Origin: Candidatus Woesearchaeota archaeon
GTDB taxonomy: Archaea; Nanobdellota; Nanobdellia; Woesearchaeales; ARS49
NCBI GenBank assembly: GCA_030750765.1
Contig: JASMHM010000001.1
Span: 32,541-96,540, forward strand
Length of the DNA stretch: 64,000 bases
Direction: 5' to 3'
How positions within the stretch are numbered: the stretch's first letter is position 1; each line of letters begins with the position of its first letter. Shown one piece after another: positions 7,611-16,718 of this stretch. Under the pieces are notes generated by a model that saw only the letters and a program-made list of their open reading frames with translations, was not told the origin of the DNA and ran no database searches. Both the position numbers and the translations under genes were made by a program.

Positions 7611-8768
7611 ATGAAAAAGAGGGTGAAAGCATTGTGGAACATGTACGTGGCCAGCTTTTTTGTTGGCTTCACGTTTGTTACCCCTATCTGGATCTTGTTC
7701 TTCCAGTTACGCGGCCTCAGTCTTGCAGAGATAGGATTCACGGCAACTGGCACTTATCTAGTGAACTTCCTTTTGGAGTATCCCGCAGGGATCTATGCAG
7801 ATCGTTATGGAAGAAAGAAAGCGTGCATTGTAGGCACGACCTTGATGATGCTCTCTTTCATCGTTGAGGCAACAGCGCACTCACTCACCCAGTTTGTCAT
7901 TGGTGCTGCCCTTGTGGGCGCAGGATGGGCTTTTATCTCTGGAGCACGAGAGGCCTTAGTGTACGACACGCTCAAACAACACAAGCTACAACGTTTCAAC
8001 AGCATCGTTCTAGGCAGAATGGACTCGCTTTCTTCACTAGGGGGCATGCTTTCTGCGTTCTCAGGAAGCGTTCTGTACGCCATGCATTCCACGATTCCGT
8101 ACTGGCTTAGCGCGATCGCGTACTGTGTCGCTGTGGCAGCGCTAGTACCTATGAAGGAACACAAGTTTGCACAGAAACTACGGCCGCACAAACAGTTCCT
8201 CCAGGGTCTTTCGCTTGTTTTCAAGAGCCCCACAATACGTTCGTTGTTATTATTGTACATTCCTGTTTTCTTTTTTGAGGAGGCGTGGTACAACGCGTCC
8301 CAACCAATATTGCTAGGGTTAGGCCTGCCGTTGGTCTTCTTAGGAGCGTATCAAGGGATGAAAACGGGCTTGTTTGGCATTGGAGGCTGGGTGCTTCCAA
8401 AGCTAGTCAAAACGTACAAGCACAGAACTCTGCTTCTCGGGGTTGTGATATTGGAAGCGCTGTTGTGGGTCCTACTAGGAAGCAACAGCCTTGTGTTTGT
8501 TATTGCTTCCTCTTACGTGCTCATCATGATCCACCAGTTTTGGAATTATCTGGATGCAGACATCGTCCACAAACACATTCCTTCTAGCATTCGCGCCACA
8601 ACGTTATCTGCGAGGCAAATGCTCACGAGCAGCATCTGGATTCTCAACCCGTGGGCCATGGGCTATTTGGTCAAGACGTTCAGCAGAACCTGGCTTTTCC
8701 CACTCTTTGGAGTAGCCATTTTACTGTTTGCAGGGATAGTATTTGCTTTTAACAAAAAGCACTTTTAG
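7611..8768 (+). CDS. MFS transporter
   Basis: 385 aa, about 12 hydrophobic spans, MFS motif A GIYADRYGRKKA between TM2 and TM3. Confidence 0.85.
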   Translation: MKKRVKALWNMYVASFFVGFTFVTPIWILFFQLRGLSLAEIGFTATGTYLVNFLLEYPAGIYADRYGRKKACIVGTTLMMLSFIVEATAHSLTQFVIGAALVGAGWAFISGAREALVYDTLKQHKLQRFNSIVLGRMDSLSSLGGMLSAFSGSVLYAMHSTIPYWLSAIAYCVAVAALVPMKEHKFAQKLRPHKQFLQGLSLVFKSPTIRSLLLLYIPVFFFEEAWYNASQPILLGLGLPLVFLGAYQGMKTGLFGIGGWVLPKLVKTYKHRTLLLGVVILEALLWVLLGSNSLVFVIASSYVLIMIHQFWNYLDADIVHKHIPSSIRATTLSARQMLTSSIWILNPWAMGYLVKTFSRTWLFPLFGVAILLFAGIVFAFNKKHF

Positions 8769-8811
8769 CTAGAACAGCACTTTTCAGCGTATATATGCTG
8801 GCCTGCGACAG

Positions 8812-9108
8812 TTAAAGTAAGAGCAAAATAGGAATTATTGAGTTTCTTCCTTGCTCTTTAACTATTTCCGTTATCTTTTCCCTTCTGTCTTTGTTCAGAA
8901 AATACTTCCATCCATGCGCCTTCTTCTTCCTTACACAAATCTTTTGCTTTGTAAGCGCCTCGAGCACAACCTTCGCAATGTCCTTATCGGGCAAACCCTT
9001 GACAACATTATCCAAGTACATAGAACCTGTCCCGTAGCAACCACTAACGTGCAATTTTCTAACCAAGAATCTACTGTATCGTACGTAATCGCTCTTCCTC
9101 ACTTTCAT
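8812..9108 (-). CDS. Hypothetical small basic protein
   Basis: 98-aa ORF. A TATA-like gcatattaac lies about 29 nt upstream on the minus strand. Confidence 0.5.
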   Translation of the reverse strand: MKVRKSDYVRYSRFLVRKLHVSGCYGTGSMYLDNVVKGLPDKDIAKVVLEALTKQKICVRKKKAHGWKYFLNKDRREKITEIVKEQGRNSIIPILLLL

Positions 9109-9190
9109 GACTTTGCTGACGCTTTTCTTGTTAATATGCTTTGCGATTTACAGGCTAAAATATTAGCCCACATAGTAAAAAAGCGACACC

Positions 9191-9199
9191 TTTAAATAT
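9191..9199 (+). promoter_or_regulatory. TATA box
   Basis: cacctttaaatatt, about 26 nt upstream of ATG 9221. Confidence 0.5.
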
Positions 9200-9220
9200 T
9201 CTAAAGACATTCAAGCAAGC

Positions 9221-9622
9221 ATGGAATCAATATTCCTAAAGAAAGAAGGAGCATCATTGAAGAACAAAGTACTCAACTTTCTAATAATAGCACAGGACTT
9301 CGACTACTCTCTCAAAGACATCGCAGATAATTCAGAGATCAGCTATGCCTCTATGAAATCATTGAAAAAACTGTTGATTCGGGAAGAGTGGATTGTGCAC
9401 ACAAGGAATGTTGGCAGGGCAGAAATGTACAAATTAAACATAGAAAGCAAGAAAATTCAAAAATTTGTTGACTTCTTCTGGTCAGTTGTGAACGAAGAGG
9501 TCGGGAGCGAACTCAATCGCCCTGTTCCGATCTCAAGTTCAGGAATACTCAATGATGAAGGCTTTGCAAGAAAATCTAGGGAGAAAGGAGTAGTTCGAAC
9601 TAGGTTTTTGACACAAGAATAG
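9221..9622 (+). CDS. Putative winged-helix DNA-binding protein
   Basis: 133 aa. KVLNFLIIAQDFDYSLKDIADNSEISYASMKSLKKLLIREEWIVHTRNVGRAEMYKLN reads as HTH plus wing. This is pattern-level only. Confidence 0.45.
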   Translation: MESIFLKKEGASLKNKVLNFLIIAQDFDYSLKDIADNSEISYASMKSLKKLLIREEWIVHTRNVGRAEMYKLNIESKKIQKFVDFFWSVVNEEVGSELNRPVPISSSGILNDEGFARKSREKGVVRTRFLTQE

Positions 9623-9671
9623 CTTTCTCATAGTCAGAAGTTCCAGAACTGGATGTTGTTTTGATGCATGC

Positions 9672-9980
9672 ATGAATAATACTATACCTAACGCTAAAGT
9701 ATTACTCTCTGACGCAGCTGACAAAGTTTCACTTGCAGAAATGCACCTTTCTAACCATGTTCCTGCAAGAAATGAAGCAGACGTAGGCAGATTGCACTTG
9801 GCCAAAGGACTTTTGGAACAAGCGCAGAGTAAGTACGCCCTGGTTGAGTCAAGAGCCAGGATTAAAGGAAAACAATCAGGCCCGCTAAGAAAGATTGAGA
9901 GTTTAGACGGACGCGCAGATCGAGACATTATTCGATACAAAAGTGAAGGACCCTACGTTCCCTTTGCTGGAATGCTTTAA
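9672..9980 (+). CDS. Hypothetical protein (helical)
   Basis: 102-aa ORF, no motif. Confidence 0.45.
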   Translation: MNNTIPNAKVLLSDAADKVSLAEMHLSNHVPARNEADVGRLHLAKGLLEQAQSKYALVESRARIKGKQSGPLRKIESLDGRADRDIIRYKSEGPYVPFAGML

Positions 9981-10013
9981 CAATTTAATTCTTCCGAGTC
10001 GCAGTTATCAATA

Positions 10014-10577
10014 TTATACGCGTGACTCACCCATGTGCGTAACCTTATCACAAGGAGGGCAGATGCGGAAAAACTGTTCGTATCGCACGGCTTGATGACC
10101 GTCGTCGTCTAACCAACGGTACATTCCCTCATTATTATCTCTTGGTTCTACGCGCATCACAAAACGCTTGAATTCTTTGAGACCTGGAGTCTTGCATTTC
10201 GGACAGCCAACACTTCTTTTTCTTTTCCATTCCTGAATTTTGTACACAGTACGTCGGATAATATTCTTAAATGAAGGACGTACCTCGAGAGATTCCACGG
10301 GTGCGTTTTCTTGTGAGTAAGAGGCCTCAACAAGTTTTTGTGTTTCACGAACAAGATCTCTAACACCATACACGTTTAGTTGGGAATCGCGAACCCTGCC
10401 ACCATACGCCCCCATCAGTGACCAGGCGAGTTGTACGCGTGAGAGCAGACTTTCTTCCAATTTGGAAGGATCGATAACGGTTAGATTGCTAACGTCTTGT
10501 GCTTGCCTTTGAGCATGATCTGCTGCCCCGATAGCCGCCATAGTTAAAAATCCTAAACCTTTCGAAATCGTGCCCAT
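10014..10577 (-). CDS. Hypothetical protein with a C-terminal zinc-ribbon-like CxxC...CxxC
   Basis: 187 aa, with CPKCKTPG ... CPPCDKV near the C-terminus. Confidence 0.55.
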   Translation of the reverse strand: MGTISKGLGFLTMAAIGAADHAQRQAQDVSNLTVIDPSKLEESLLSRVQLAWSLMGAYGGRVRDSQLNVYGVRDLVRETQKLVEASYSQENAPVESLEVRPSFKNIIRRTVYKIQEWKRKRSVGCPKCKTPGLKEFKRFVMRVEPRDNNEGMYRWLDDDGHQAVRYEQFFRICPPCDKVTHMGESRV

Positions 10578-10642
10578 AAGGAGGGGTTACACACAAAGCA
10601 CTAATAAATATTTCGTGTCCAGTCAAAAATAAGAAAAAAAAA

Positions 10643-11263
10643 TTAAAATTGTGGGAAGTCAGGGACTTCGTTTACTGGGTTTTCCACGAACGTAGGGGAG
10701 AACCTGTATTGGAAGTAGCCAATGAACGGTAATCCTAACACGTCTTCATCAGCGAATTCGCCTTCTTCTAGCAATTCTGTGTAGCTAGCGTCTTCCCAAG
10801 AATCTCTTCTTGCTTCGTACACAAAGATCCGGTCGTTCTTCAACACACTATGACCCTCGTCAATAGCCAAGTTAAAGTGTCCGTCTTTGTAGTCTCGACT
10901 CATGAATGGAGTTATTACGTAGAAGTTCCATCCAGCTTCAAAAGAGAACTGCACAACTTCTAGCGCTGCACGAATTTCTTCTAAGTCTACCTTCATGTAC
11001 GCGGTTTTGTCTTCTGAAAGGTGCAACCAGACAGCGGTAAACCCTCGCTCACGTAGGATGCTTTCCAAAATGTGTTCTTGATGTTTCAAGCGTGCCATCA
11101 ATTCGAGATCAGGATTTGCCGCTACAGCTTGGCAAGCACGAGCGTATGATGTGGGAGCTCCAGACGCACCAACATTCTCTAGCAAGTCCTGAACTGCTTC
11201 TTCAGCTTGATTCACCAATGCAGCAGCTGCTCGATGGTACTCACGTTGTTCAGCATTTAACAT
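10643..11263 (-). CDS. Hypothetical protein
   Basis: 206-aa ORF with protein-like composition and no motif. Confidence 0.55.
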   Translation of the reverse strand: MLNAEQREYHRAAAALVNQAEEAVQDLLENVGASGAPTSYARACQAVAANPDLELMARLKHQEHILESILRERGFTAVWLHLSEDKTAYMKVDLEEIRAALEVVQFSFEAGWNFYVITPFMSRDYKDGHFNLAIDEGHSVLKNDRIFVYEARRDSWEDASYTELLEEGEFADEDVLGLPFIGYFQYRFSPTFVENPVNEVPDFPQF

Positions 11264-11294
11264 AGGAATAAGAGTAAAGCTGGCTTTTTAAAGA

Positions 11295-11999
11295 CTACCA
11301 AGGATATTTCTTTCCGAACCAGTCTTTCACTTTGAGCTTCTTTCTAAATGGTGGGTAGATCGCCGCTAGTATTATACCTAGGGAGAACAGGCACCAGATG
11401 GCAGGCCATTCATTCACGTTCGTGGTGAGCAAGTACGCAAATCCAGGTCCAGTGATGGCATGGAAGAGTATCATCCTCCACGAACCGTACAGTACAGGCA
11501 AGACGAAGGACATGAACGTGTAGCCTATGGTTCCTAAATGATCAATACCGTTAAGAGGGATGTACCAGGCAAGGTGCCATTCTCCTGCTTTGGAACAGAA
11601 GTTCTCTCCACAGAATGCTGTCTCTCCAGGAATGCAGCTTCCTGCCCATGGGAAGGGCACCAATTTCAGGATGAGCATCCAAGCTCCAATGAAACATAAC
11701 GCGTACACGTACCCTTGTATCTTCTTCCTTGTCTTTGCAGGGATAAAGTACATGGCAAACATGTTGATGAATAATGGTTGGAATGCCACATGCATGTATC
11801 CCAGAACAGTAAGCACTTGATTTGCAGGAACATTACATTGTCCTAGAACACCATACGTGAGGGCTTGGATAAGCTCCATAACCCCAAAATATGCCAAAGG
11901 AATCCACAACGCCTTGTCTTCCTTCTTTGTGTAGAGATAATAAGCTATGACAAATCCAAGCAAGGCAAATACGCCACTAGCACCAAAGCTCCAACACAT
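11295..11999 (-). CDS. Polytopic membrane protein
   Basis: 234 aa with multiple hydrophobic spans. A TATA box lies 26 nt upstream. Confidence 0.65.
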   Translation of the reverse strand: MCWSFGASGVFALLGFVIAYYLYTKKEDKALWIPLAYFGVMELIQALTYGVLGQCNVPANQVLTVLGYMHVAFQPLFINMFAMYFIPAKTRKKIQGYVYALCFIGAWMLILKLVPFPWAGSCIPGETAFCGENFCSKAGEWHLAWYIPLNGIDHLGTIGYTFMSFVLPVLYGSWRMILFHAITGPGFAYLLTTNVNEWPAIWCLFSLGIILAAIYPPFRKKLKVKDWFGKKYPW

Positions 12000-12021
12000 A
12001 GAAACAAAAGTCGGGTTTGCC

Positions 12022-12029
12022 TTTAAAAG
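12022..12029 (-). promoter_or_regulatory. TATA box for 11999 gene
   Basis: The minus strand reads aaggcttttaaagg, about 26 nt from ATG 11999. Confidence 0.5.
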
Positions 12030-12056
12030 CCTTCCGGCAAATTAGCCTCCCGAAAC

Positions 12057-12065
12057 CTTTTTAGG
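12057..12065 (+). promoter_or_regulatory. TATA box for 12087 gene
   Basis: gaaacctttttagg, 26 nt upstream of ATG 12087. Confidence 0.5.
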
Positions 12066-12086
12066 TACTTCTGTAGTTATACTGTC

Positions 12087-12422
12087 ATGCACGAGTGGAC
12101 GAAGATGAGTAAGGGGGAGCGCGCAAGACAATGGGATGAAAGGTTTGACCGCATGTCTCACCATTATCGCGAAGCCAAAGCAGCTTTAGTAGATGCTAGG
12201 GATACCCATCCAGAGACGATAGTAAAAACGGTCGAAGCATGGGCTGACACCTGTGCTGCCGCATCAAGCATAGCACCTCATCGAGGTGCAGACCCAAGAG
12301 AACGGACCTGGTACCAGAACCCTAACTTTGAGCACAACTATGGCCTTCACTTCAGACCAAAACTCTCCCAGGCGATCTCCCCCATGGCAGACCAACCCTA
12401 CAGGGATTTACCAGTGTCCTGA
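12087..12422 (+). CDS. Hypothetical protein
   Basis: 111-aa ORF with a spaced TATA box. Confidence 0.55.
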   Translation: MHEWTKMSKGERARQWDERFDRMSHHYREAKAALVDARDTHPETIVKTVEAWADTCAAASSIAPHRGADPRERTWYQNPNFEHNYGLHFRPKLSQAISPMADQPYRDLPVS

Positions 12423-12439
12423 CTAGTCTTCGAGACGTT

Positions 12440-12634
12440 ATGACCCGAGATTTTCGAGAAAGACCGCGTTGGGCCAGGATAGAACCCCTGATGATCATGG
12501 CAGACATCTTGTCCCGGACTGTTGGGGAACAAAAAGAATTTTTGTACCAAGAAAATAGGAAACTTGTGGATGACCTCACCGGACCCCATCTTAACAGTAT
12601 TGTTAGCCTCGTGGGTAGCAGTACGCCAAGATGA
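12440..12634 (+). CDS. Possible small hypothetical protein
   Basis: 64-aa ORF, the most protein-like of three overlapping ORFs here. It has no promoter of its own. Confidence 0.3.
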   Translation: MTRDFRERPRWARIEPLMIMADILSRTVGEQKEFLYQENRKLVDDLTGPHLNSIVSLVGSSTPR

Positions 12635-12797
12635 ACGTGCTAGCTTGGCTACGACCAAACCCATTTTACCGAAAAACTAGAGGAATGGTTGCAGAAGCAC
12701 CTGCCAGAAGTAAGCGTTGTAAGACTGGAGCCGTTTCACCCAGATAAGTACAAGACGAGCAAAAGATATATAAACAAGTAGCGCGCGCAATACTGCT

Positions 12798-13229
12798 ATG
12801 GACGAAAGGAGACTCATCGTTATTGGTATAGCCGCAGTGATTGCCATTGCTGCCATCACCATCGTGGGTACCCAAGGCATGTTCGAGTCTTCAATCACAG
12901 GCAACGTGGTTGCCTCACAAGACTACAACGGCCAGTTCGGCATCTACCAACCAGGCTTCCGATCTAGGGTAATCCAAAGACCTGGCGATTTGAGCTATCA
13001 ACAGCGTACCGACTTATTGGCAAGACAGGCAACCTCTGCTTCTAGAAGATTGAATACTGGAGCAAGATCCCGCTACGGCGCATACGTTCCATCAGGTCCT
13101 CAGTACGGAGGAGTCGTTGTCATAGAACCCACAGAGGTTGAGCCAACGAGAGAAAGATACGGGTACAGTCCTTACTTGGATCGTGCAACAAGGTATGATG
13201 GATACTATGTTCAGAACGAGTTTTCATAA
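12798..13229 (+). CDS. Membrane-anchored hypothetical protein
   Basis: 143 aa with an N-terminal TM segment LIVIGIAAVIAIAAITIVG. TATA agatatataaac lies 28 nt upstream. Confidence 0.55.
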   Translation: MDERRLIVIGIAAVIAIAAITIVGTQGMFESSITGNVVASQDYNGQFGIYQPGFRSRVIQRPGDLSYQQRTDLLARQATSASRRLNTGARSRYGAYVPSGPQYGGVVVIEPTEVEPTRERYGYSPYLDRATRYDGYYVQNEFS

Positions 13230-14359
13230 GCTTTCTTAACAGCTTCTGCCACTTTAGGAACAACATTCTTGTTTATGGCAGCAGGAATGATCATCTCTGC
13301 AGAAGGATTCTCCACCAAACCTGCTAATGCTTTTGCTGCGGCCATCTTCATCTCTTCAGTAATTTTTGTGGCCCTTGCCTCTAGTGCACCTTTGAAAATG
13401 CCCGGAAAGCCCAAAACATTGTTCACTTGGTTGGGAAAGTCACTTCTTCCTGTGGCTACCACTTTTGCACCAGCATCTAGCGCATCTTGAGGGAGTATCT
13501 CTGGATCGGGGTTGGCCATGGCGATGATGACTGCGTCATTCATACTCTTGACCATGTCTTTGCTTACTGCGTCCTTTACTGAGACGCCAACAAACACGTC
13601 AGCCCCCTTGAGCGCATCAGCAAGACTTCCTTGTATCTTTTCTTTGTTCGTCAACAAAGACATCTCTTTCTTTGTTTTTGATCCAACATCCTCTCTCCCT
13701 TCATAGATAATGCCTTTACTGTCACACATGATGACGTTTTCAATACCATACTTGAGTAAGAGCTTGGTGACGGCGACGCCTGCTGCGCCTGCACCATTCA
13801 CCACGACTTTGGCAGAGGTATCCTTTCCCACCACTTTTAGGGCGTTGATCAATGCTGCAAGTAATACTACTGCAGTACCGTGCTGGTCGTCATGCATGAC
13901 CGGAATGCCCAAATCTTGGAGTGCTGCCTCTATCTCAAAGCATTCTGGTGCTTTGATGTCTTCTAGGTTGATGCCACCAAAGCCAGGAGCAATATTTCTT
14001 ACCGTGTCTATCGTTTTTTGTACGTCTTGTGTTGCCACACAGATGGGAAAGGCGTCAATGCCTGCGAACTCTTTGAACAATAATGCTTTACCTTCCATGA
14101 CTGGCAAGGCTGCTTCTGGACCGATGTTGCCCAAGCCCAAGACTGCGCTGCCATCTGTGACAACCGCTACCGTGTTGCCTTTGAAGGTGTACTTGTAGAC
14201 TGCTTCTTTGTCTTTTGAGATAACTCTGCAAGGTTCTGCCACTCCAGGAGTGTATGCTAGACTGAGATCCATCGCTGTTTTGACAGGAATCTTGCTGACA
14301 ACTTCTATCTTTCCTTTGAGCTTTTCGTGCAACTCTAGTGCCCTTTTTTGGATGTCCAT
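13211..14359 (-). CDS. NAD(P)-dependent malic enzyme (short type)
   Basis: Contains LSLAYTPGVAEPC, VAVVTDGSAVLGLGNIG, PVMEGKALLFKEFAGIDAFP, FGGINLEDIKAPECF, HDDQHGTAVV and GAGAAGVA. I chose the start at M20 (MDIQKRALELH) because a TATA box (14381..14389) lies 26 nt upstream. The track start 14416 would run into the tRNA-Thr promoter. Confidence 0.9.
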   Translation of the reverse strand: MDIQKRALELHEKLKGKIEVVSKIPVKTAMDLSLAYTPGVAEPCRVISKDKEAVYKYTFKGNTVAVVTDGSAVLGLGNIGPEAALPVMEGKALLFKEFAGIDAFPICVATQDVQKTIDTVRNIAPGFGGINLEDIKAPECFEIEAALQDLGIPVMHDDQHGTAVVLLAALINALKVVGKDTSAKVVVNGAGAAGVAVTKLLLKYGIENVIMCDSKGIIYEGREDVGSKTKKEMSLLTNKEKIQGSLADALKGADVFVGVSVKDAVSKDMVKSMNDAVIIAMANPDPEILPQDALDAGAKVVATGRSDFPNQVNNVLGFPGIFKGALEARATKITEEMKMAAAKALAGLVENPSAEMIIPAAINKNVVPKVAEAVKKAYENSF

Positions 14360-14380
14360 AAACAAATGGATACCTTGCTG

Positions 14381-14389
14381 TATAAAAAC
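14381..14389 (-). promoter_or_regulatory. TATA box for malic enzyme
   Basis: The minus strand reads cgtttttatacagc, 26 nt from ATG 14359. Confidence 0.5.
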
Positions 14390-14404
14390 GTGCGGTTTAA
14401 GCAG

Positions 14405-14413
14405 ATTTATAAA
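14405..14413 (+). promoter_or_regulatory. TATA box for tRNA-Thr
   Basis: gcagatttataaac, about 29 nt upstream of tRNA position 1. Confidence 0.5.
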
Positions 14414-14437
14414 CAAAGGACGGCCTTCTTACCTCAT

Positions 14438-14510
14438 GCCTCCGTAGCATAGTAGCCATTGCGCTACCTTGGTAAGGTAGAGGTCGCGAGTGCAACTCTC
14501 GCCGGAGGCT
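14438..14510 (+). tRNA. tRNA-Thr (anticodon GGU) with non-canonical D and T loops
   Basis: Acceptor GCCTCCG/CGGAGGC, anticodon arm CTACC-TTGGTAA-GGTAG, T arm GCGAG-TGCAACT-CTCGC. The D loop lacks GG. Confidence 0.7.
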
Positions 14511-14687
14511 CCTTGTTACCTTCTAGTCGAGACAAGGTTTAAATAGTTCGATCGTTTTTTGTCCTGCATGAGTGTACAGCTTCCCAGCGATCTTAGCACC
14601 GTAGCAGTAGAGCTTGAGGAAGAGTTTACATGTACCCTTTCCCCAACGAGCTAGATAGATAACTTTGATGTTGTGCGAGATAACGAC

Positions 14688-15593
14688 ATGGGTCGCCACC
14701 AAATTCTTGGCGTCTCACACTTCGGACCCTTAGAGGTTTTTGATCCCAATGGTACGATGACTCGGTCAGTACAGCTCAATCGCGGCGAGCTCATCATGCC
14801 TGCCACTGATGGAGACCTCTTGTACCTTAGCCTAGACATGGGCGCCCTACGAAGAAATCGAGATATCACCCTACGAGGAGAGGACAGAGTGACCGGCCTC
14901 GTATGTTGTGAGGGGACAAGCCCACACAAGGTGCTTGTTGATGACGTCCTGCCAAGGGAGATGCCCGGGCAGTTCCTGTTCGAGCGCCATGAAGGATTAT
15001 CTTTTGACGAAATGGACGTCAATCCTAAACACGTTCCTCTAGATAGATTTGGCGGCATGATCGTGGCGTTGCCACGAGAAAAGTATGCCAATACCGTGAT
15101 CACAGACGTGCTTTCCGCAGGCACGAGATATCTTGTGCATACTTCCTTACACCCTACCACACTCAGATCACGACAGATAGAAGGACTCGTCAGACTAGAC
15201 ACCTACAGTAACAGAGACGTCCCGATGCATAGCGCTTATTTGCGCAGTGGCGAAGTGTTGCCCCAGGAGGAGGTCAAAGAGCTTGCGATAGAAGCGCTAG
15301 ACGCACTTCCGATTCCACCTGGCATCTGGATAGAGGGCCGTGGAGAACATTTTTTTGCTACTTACAGTCCACACGGACCTGAAGACCCCATCCGCTTGAG
15401 AACTGCGTTTGACAAGCCACATCGAGTGCCTAAGGATGTGTGTGCTAAGCTAACCCATGGAGAGCACGCGTATTTCTTGTCGAGAACCCAGACACAAGAT
15501 AAGGATGGCGTGGTGCGCATTCAAACACCTGGCCGTTTCTCTGCATACACGATCAAAATGCACTCTCTAAGTCCTCTTATAGATATGAGTTAA
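14688..15593 (+). CDS. Hypothetical protein
   Basis: Long ORF (the track gives a GTG at 14673; I prefer the first ATG at 14688, MGRHQILG). No recognised motif. Confidence 0.6.
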   Translation: MGRHQILGVSHFGPLEVFDPNGTMTRSVQLNRGELIMPATDGDLLYLSLDMGALRRNRDITLRGEDRVTGLVCCEGTSPHKVLVDDVLPREMPGQFLFERHEGLSFDEMDVNPKHVPLDRFGGMIVALPREKYANTVITDVLSAGTRYLVHTSLHPTTLRSRQIEGLVRLDTYSNRDVPMHSAYLRSGEVLPQEEVKELAIEALDALPIPPGIWIEGRGEHFFATYSPHGPEDPIRLRTAFDKPHRVPKDVCAKLTHGEHAYFLSRTQTQDKDGVVRIQTPGRFSAYTIKMHSLSPLIDMS

Positions 15594-15628
15594 GACGCTC
15601 CACGGTTTTCAACTATTTGTAAAAAAAA

Positions 15629-15820
15629 TTATTTAGCTGCTAGATAGATTTCATATAGAGCAGACAGGCCAACGAGAACGTATACGACCTTTTCTACTGT
15701 GGGAACGGTTCCCAAAATCTTTGTAATCAGGTTGAAATCAAACAACCCGACTAAGCCCCAGTTAAGAGCTCCTACCAACACCAAAATTTGGGTTATTAAC
15801 CCTACTCCTTTTCTTGCCAT
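15629..15820 (-). CDS. DUF378-family small membrane protein
   Basis: 63 aa. VGALNWGLVGLFDFNLI...VVYVLVGLSALYEIY matches the DUF378 signature. AGGAGGT lies 8 nt upstream of the ATG. Confidence 0.75.
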   Translation of the reverse strand: MARKGVGLITQILVLVGALNWGLVGLFDFNLITKILGTVPTVEKVVYVLVGLSALYEIYLAAK

Positions 15821-15930
15821 AATAATATACCTCCTAACAGTCGATTAGGCCCACTCGTATATAAAATGTGCAGGTATCTTGTTATCACTCTTCCACATAC
15901 CTTTTTATATCATATTCATTTATTCCCCTC

Positions 15931-16206
15931 ATGAAGAAGGAAAGGAAAGAGGCATTGATCAGAATTCCTATATGCATAGTCTCAGGTCTCATCCTAGGTG
16001 TGTGGTGGACTCTGGTTAAGGTGCTCATCATCTTACAATGGTTGATCGTGATCTTCTCCAGCAAGCGCAACAGAGGCTTGGCAAAATTTTGTCAGATCTT
16101 CAACACGCAAGCATACAACTTCATTCGCTACATGACCTTCCACACGAACGCAAGACCTTTTCCGTTCAGTGATTTAGCTAAGGACTTTGACAAGTACGAA
16201 AGATAG
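15931..16206 (+). CDS. DUF4389-like membrane protein
   Basis: I chose the start at M22 (MKKERKE), which has TATA ctttttatatca about 24 nt upstream. The pattern is RIP..I...W..IIFS.KR..GL..F......Y.F.RY......RPFPF. Confidence 0.5.
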   Translation: MKKERKEALIRIPICIVSGLILGVWWTLVKVLIILQWLIVIFSSKRNRGLAKFCQIFNTQAYNFIRYMTFHTNARPFPFSDLAKDFDKYER

Positions 16207-16209
16207 ATA

Positions 16210-16623
16210 TCAAATAATTCCTAACGTTTCAAGATATTTATACAACTTCGTAGCGTATTTGGCATGGATTCCTGTCTTCCCTCCATAGCCTTCCCAACGC
16301 GCCTGGACTGTTTGACCGCCCACATACATCGAGTTGCCAAACGTTATACGTAATTTTTTGTCAACGAGCTGCATGATAATCGGCCCTACGGAGTCAATAA
16401 CAAAAGGAGGGCAACTGCGGTTAGCCAGACTCTTTACTGTTGCGTCTACATTCATGGTGTCTGGCAGCGTTGTGGGAGGATACAGCTCTTTAATCATCTC
16501 CAGAAAGGTCCGCACAAACAATGCAGCTTTAATTATCCTCTTTTGTTCGCCAGTATCAACAACAGGATGTGTGGCGCCGAACAACCCTGTAATAAAGGTC
16601 ATAGCATCGTGGAACAAAGTCAT
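16210..16623 (-). CDS. Hypothetical protein
   Basis: I chose the start at M27 (MTLFHDAM), which has GGGGAGGGT immediately upstream and a TATA-like cttatttaagg about 30 nt upstream. Confidence 0.5.
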   Translation of the reverse strand: MTLFHDAMTFITGLFGATHPVVDTGEQKRIIKAALFVRTFLEMIKELYPPTTLPDTMNVDATVKSLANRSCPPFVIDSVGPIIMQLVDKKLRITFGNSMYVGGQTVQARWEGYGGKTGIHAKYATKLYKYLETLGII

Positions 16624-16695
16624 ACCCTCCCCAAAAAAAAATACAACCTTAAATAAGTTGTTATCTAGAATAAAACAACACAACAAACGTTTATA

Positions 16696-16712
16696 AGACA
16701 CGACAATAATCG
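16696..16712 (+). promoter_or_regulatory. Operator-like motif copy 1 (agacacgacaataatcg), overlapping the TATA box of the HTH_10 gene
   Basis: Shares agacacgacaat..tcg with 17365..17381. The TATA gtttataag at 16689..16697 lies 26 nt upstream of ATG 16719. Confidence 0.4.
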
Positions 16713-16718
16713 TATTCT

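Noticed and set aside
14535-14653. TATA-like ggtttaaatag followed 27 nt later by a 28-codon ORF (MSVQLPSDLSTVAVELEEEFTCTLSPTS)
   Set aside because: The spacing fits the leaderless grammar, but the peptide has no recognisable feature. The box may simply be the promoter of the 14688 gene with a long leader. There is not enough evidence to call a gene.
13269-15202. + strand ORFs inside the malic enzyme gene and the minus-strand ORF 14651..15202
   Set aside because: They are antisense to genes with strong homology or better coding character, and their products are Ser/Thr/Pro/Arg-rich.
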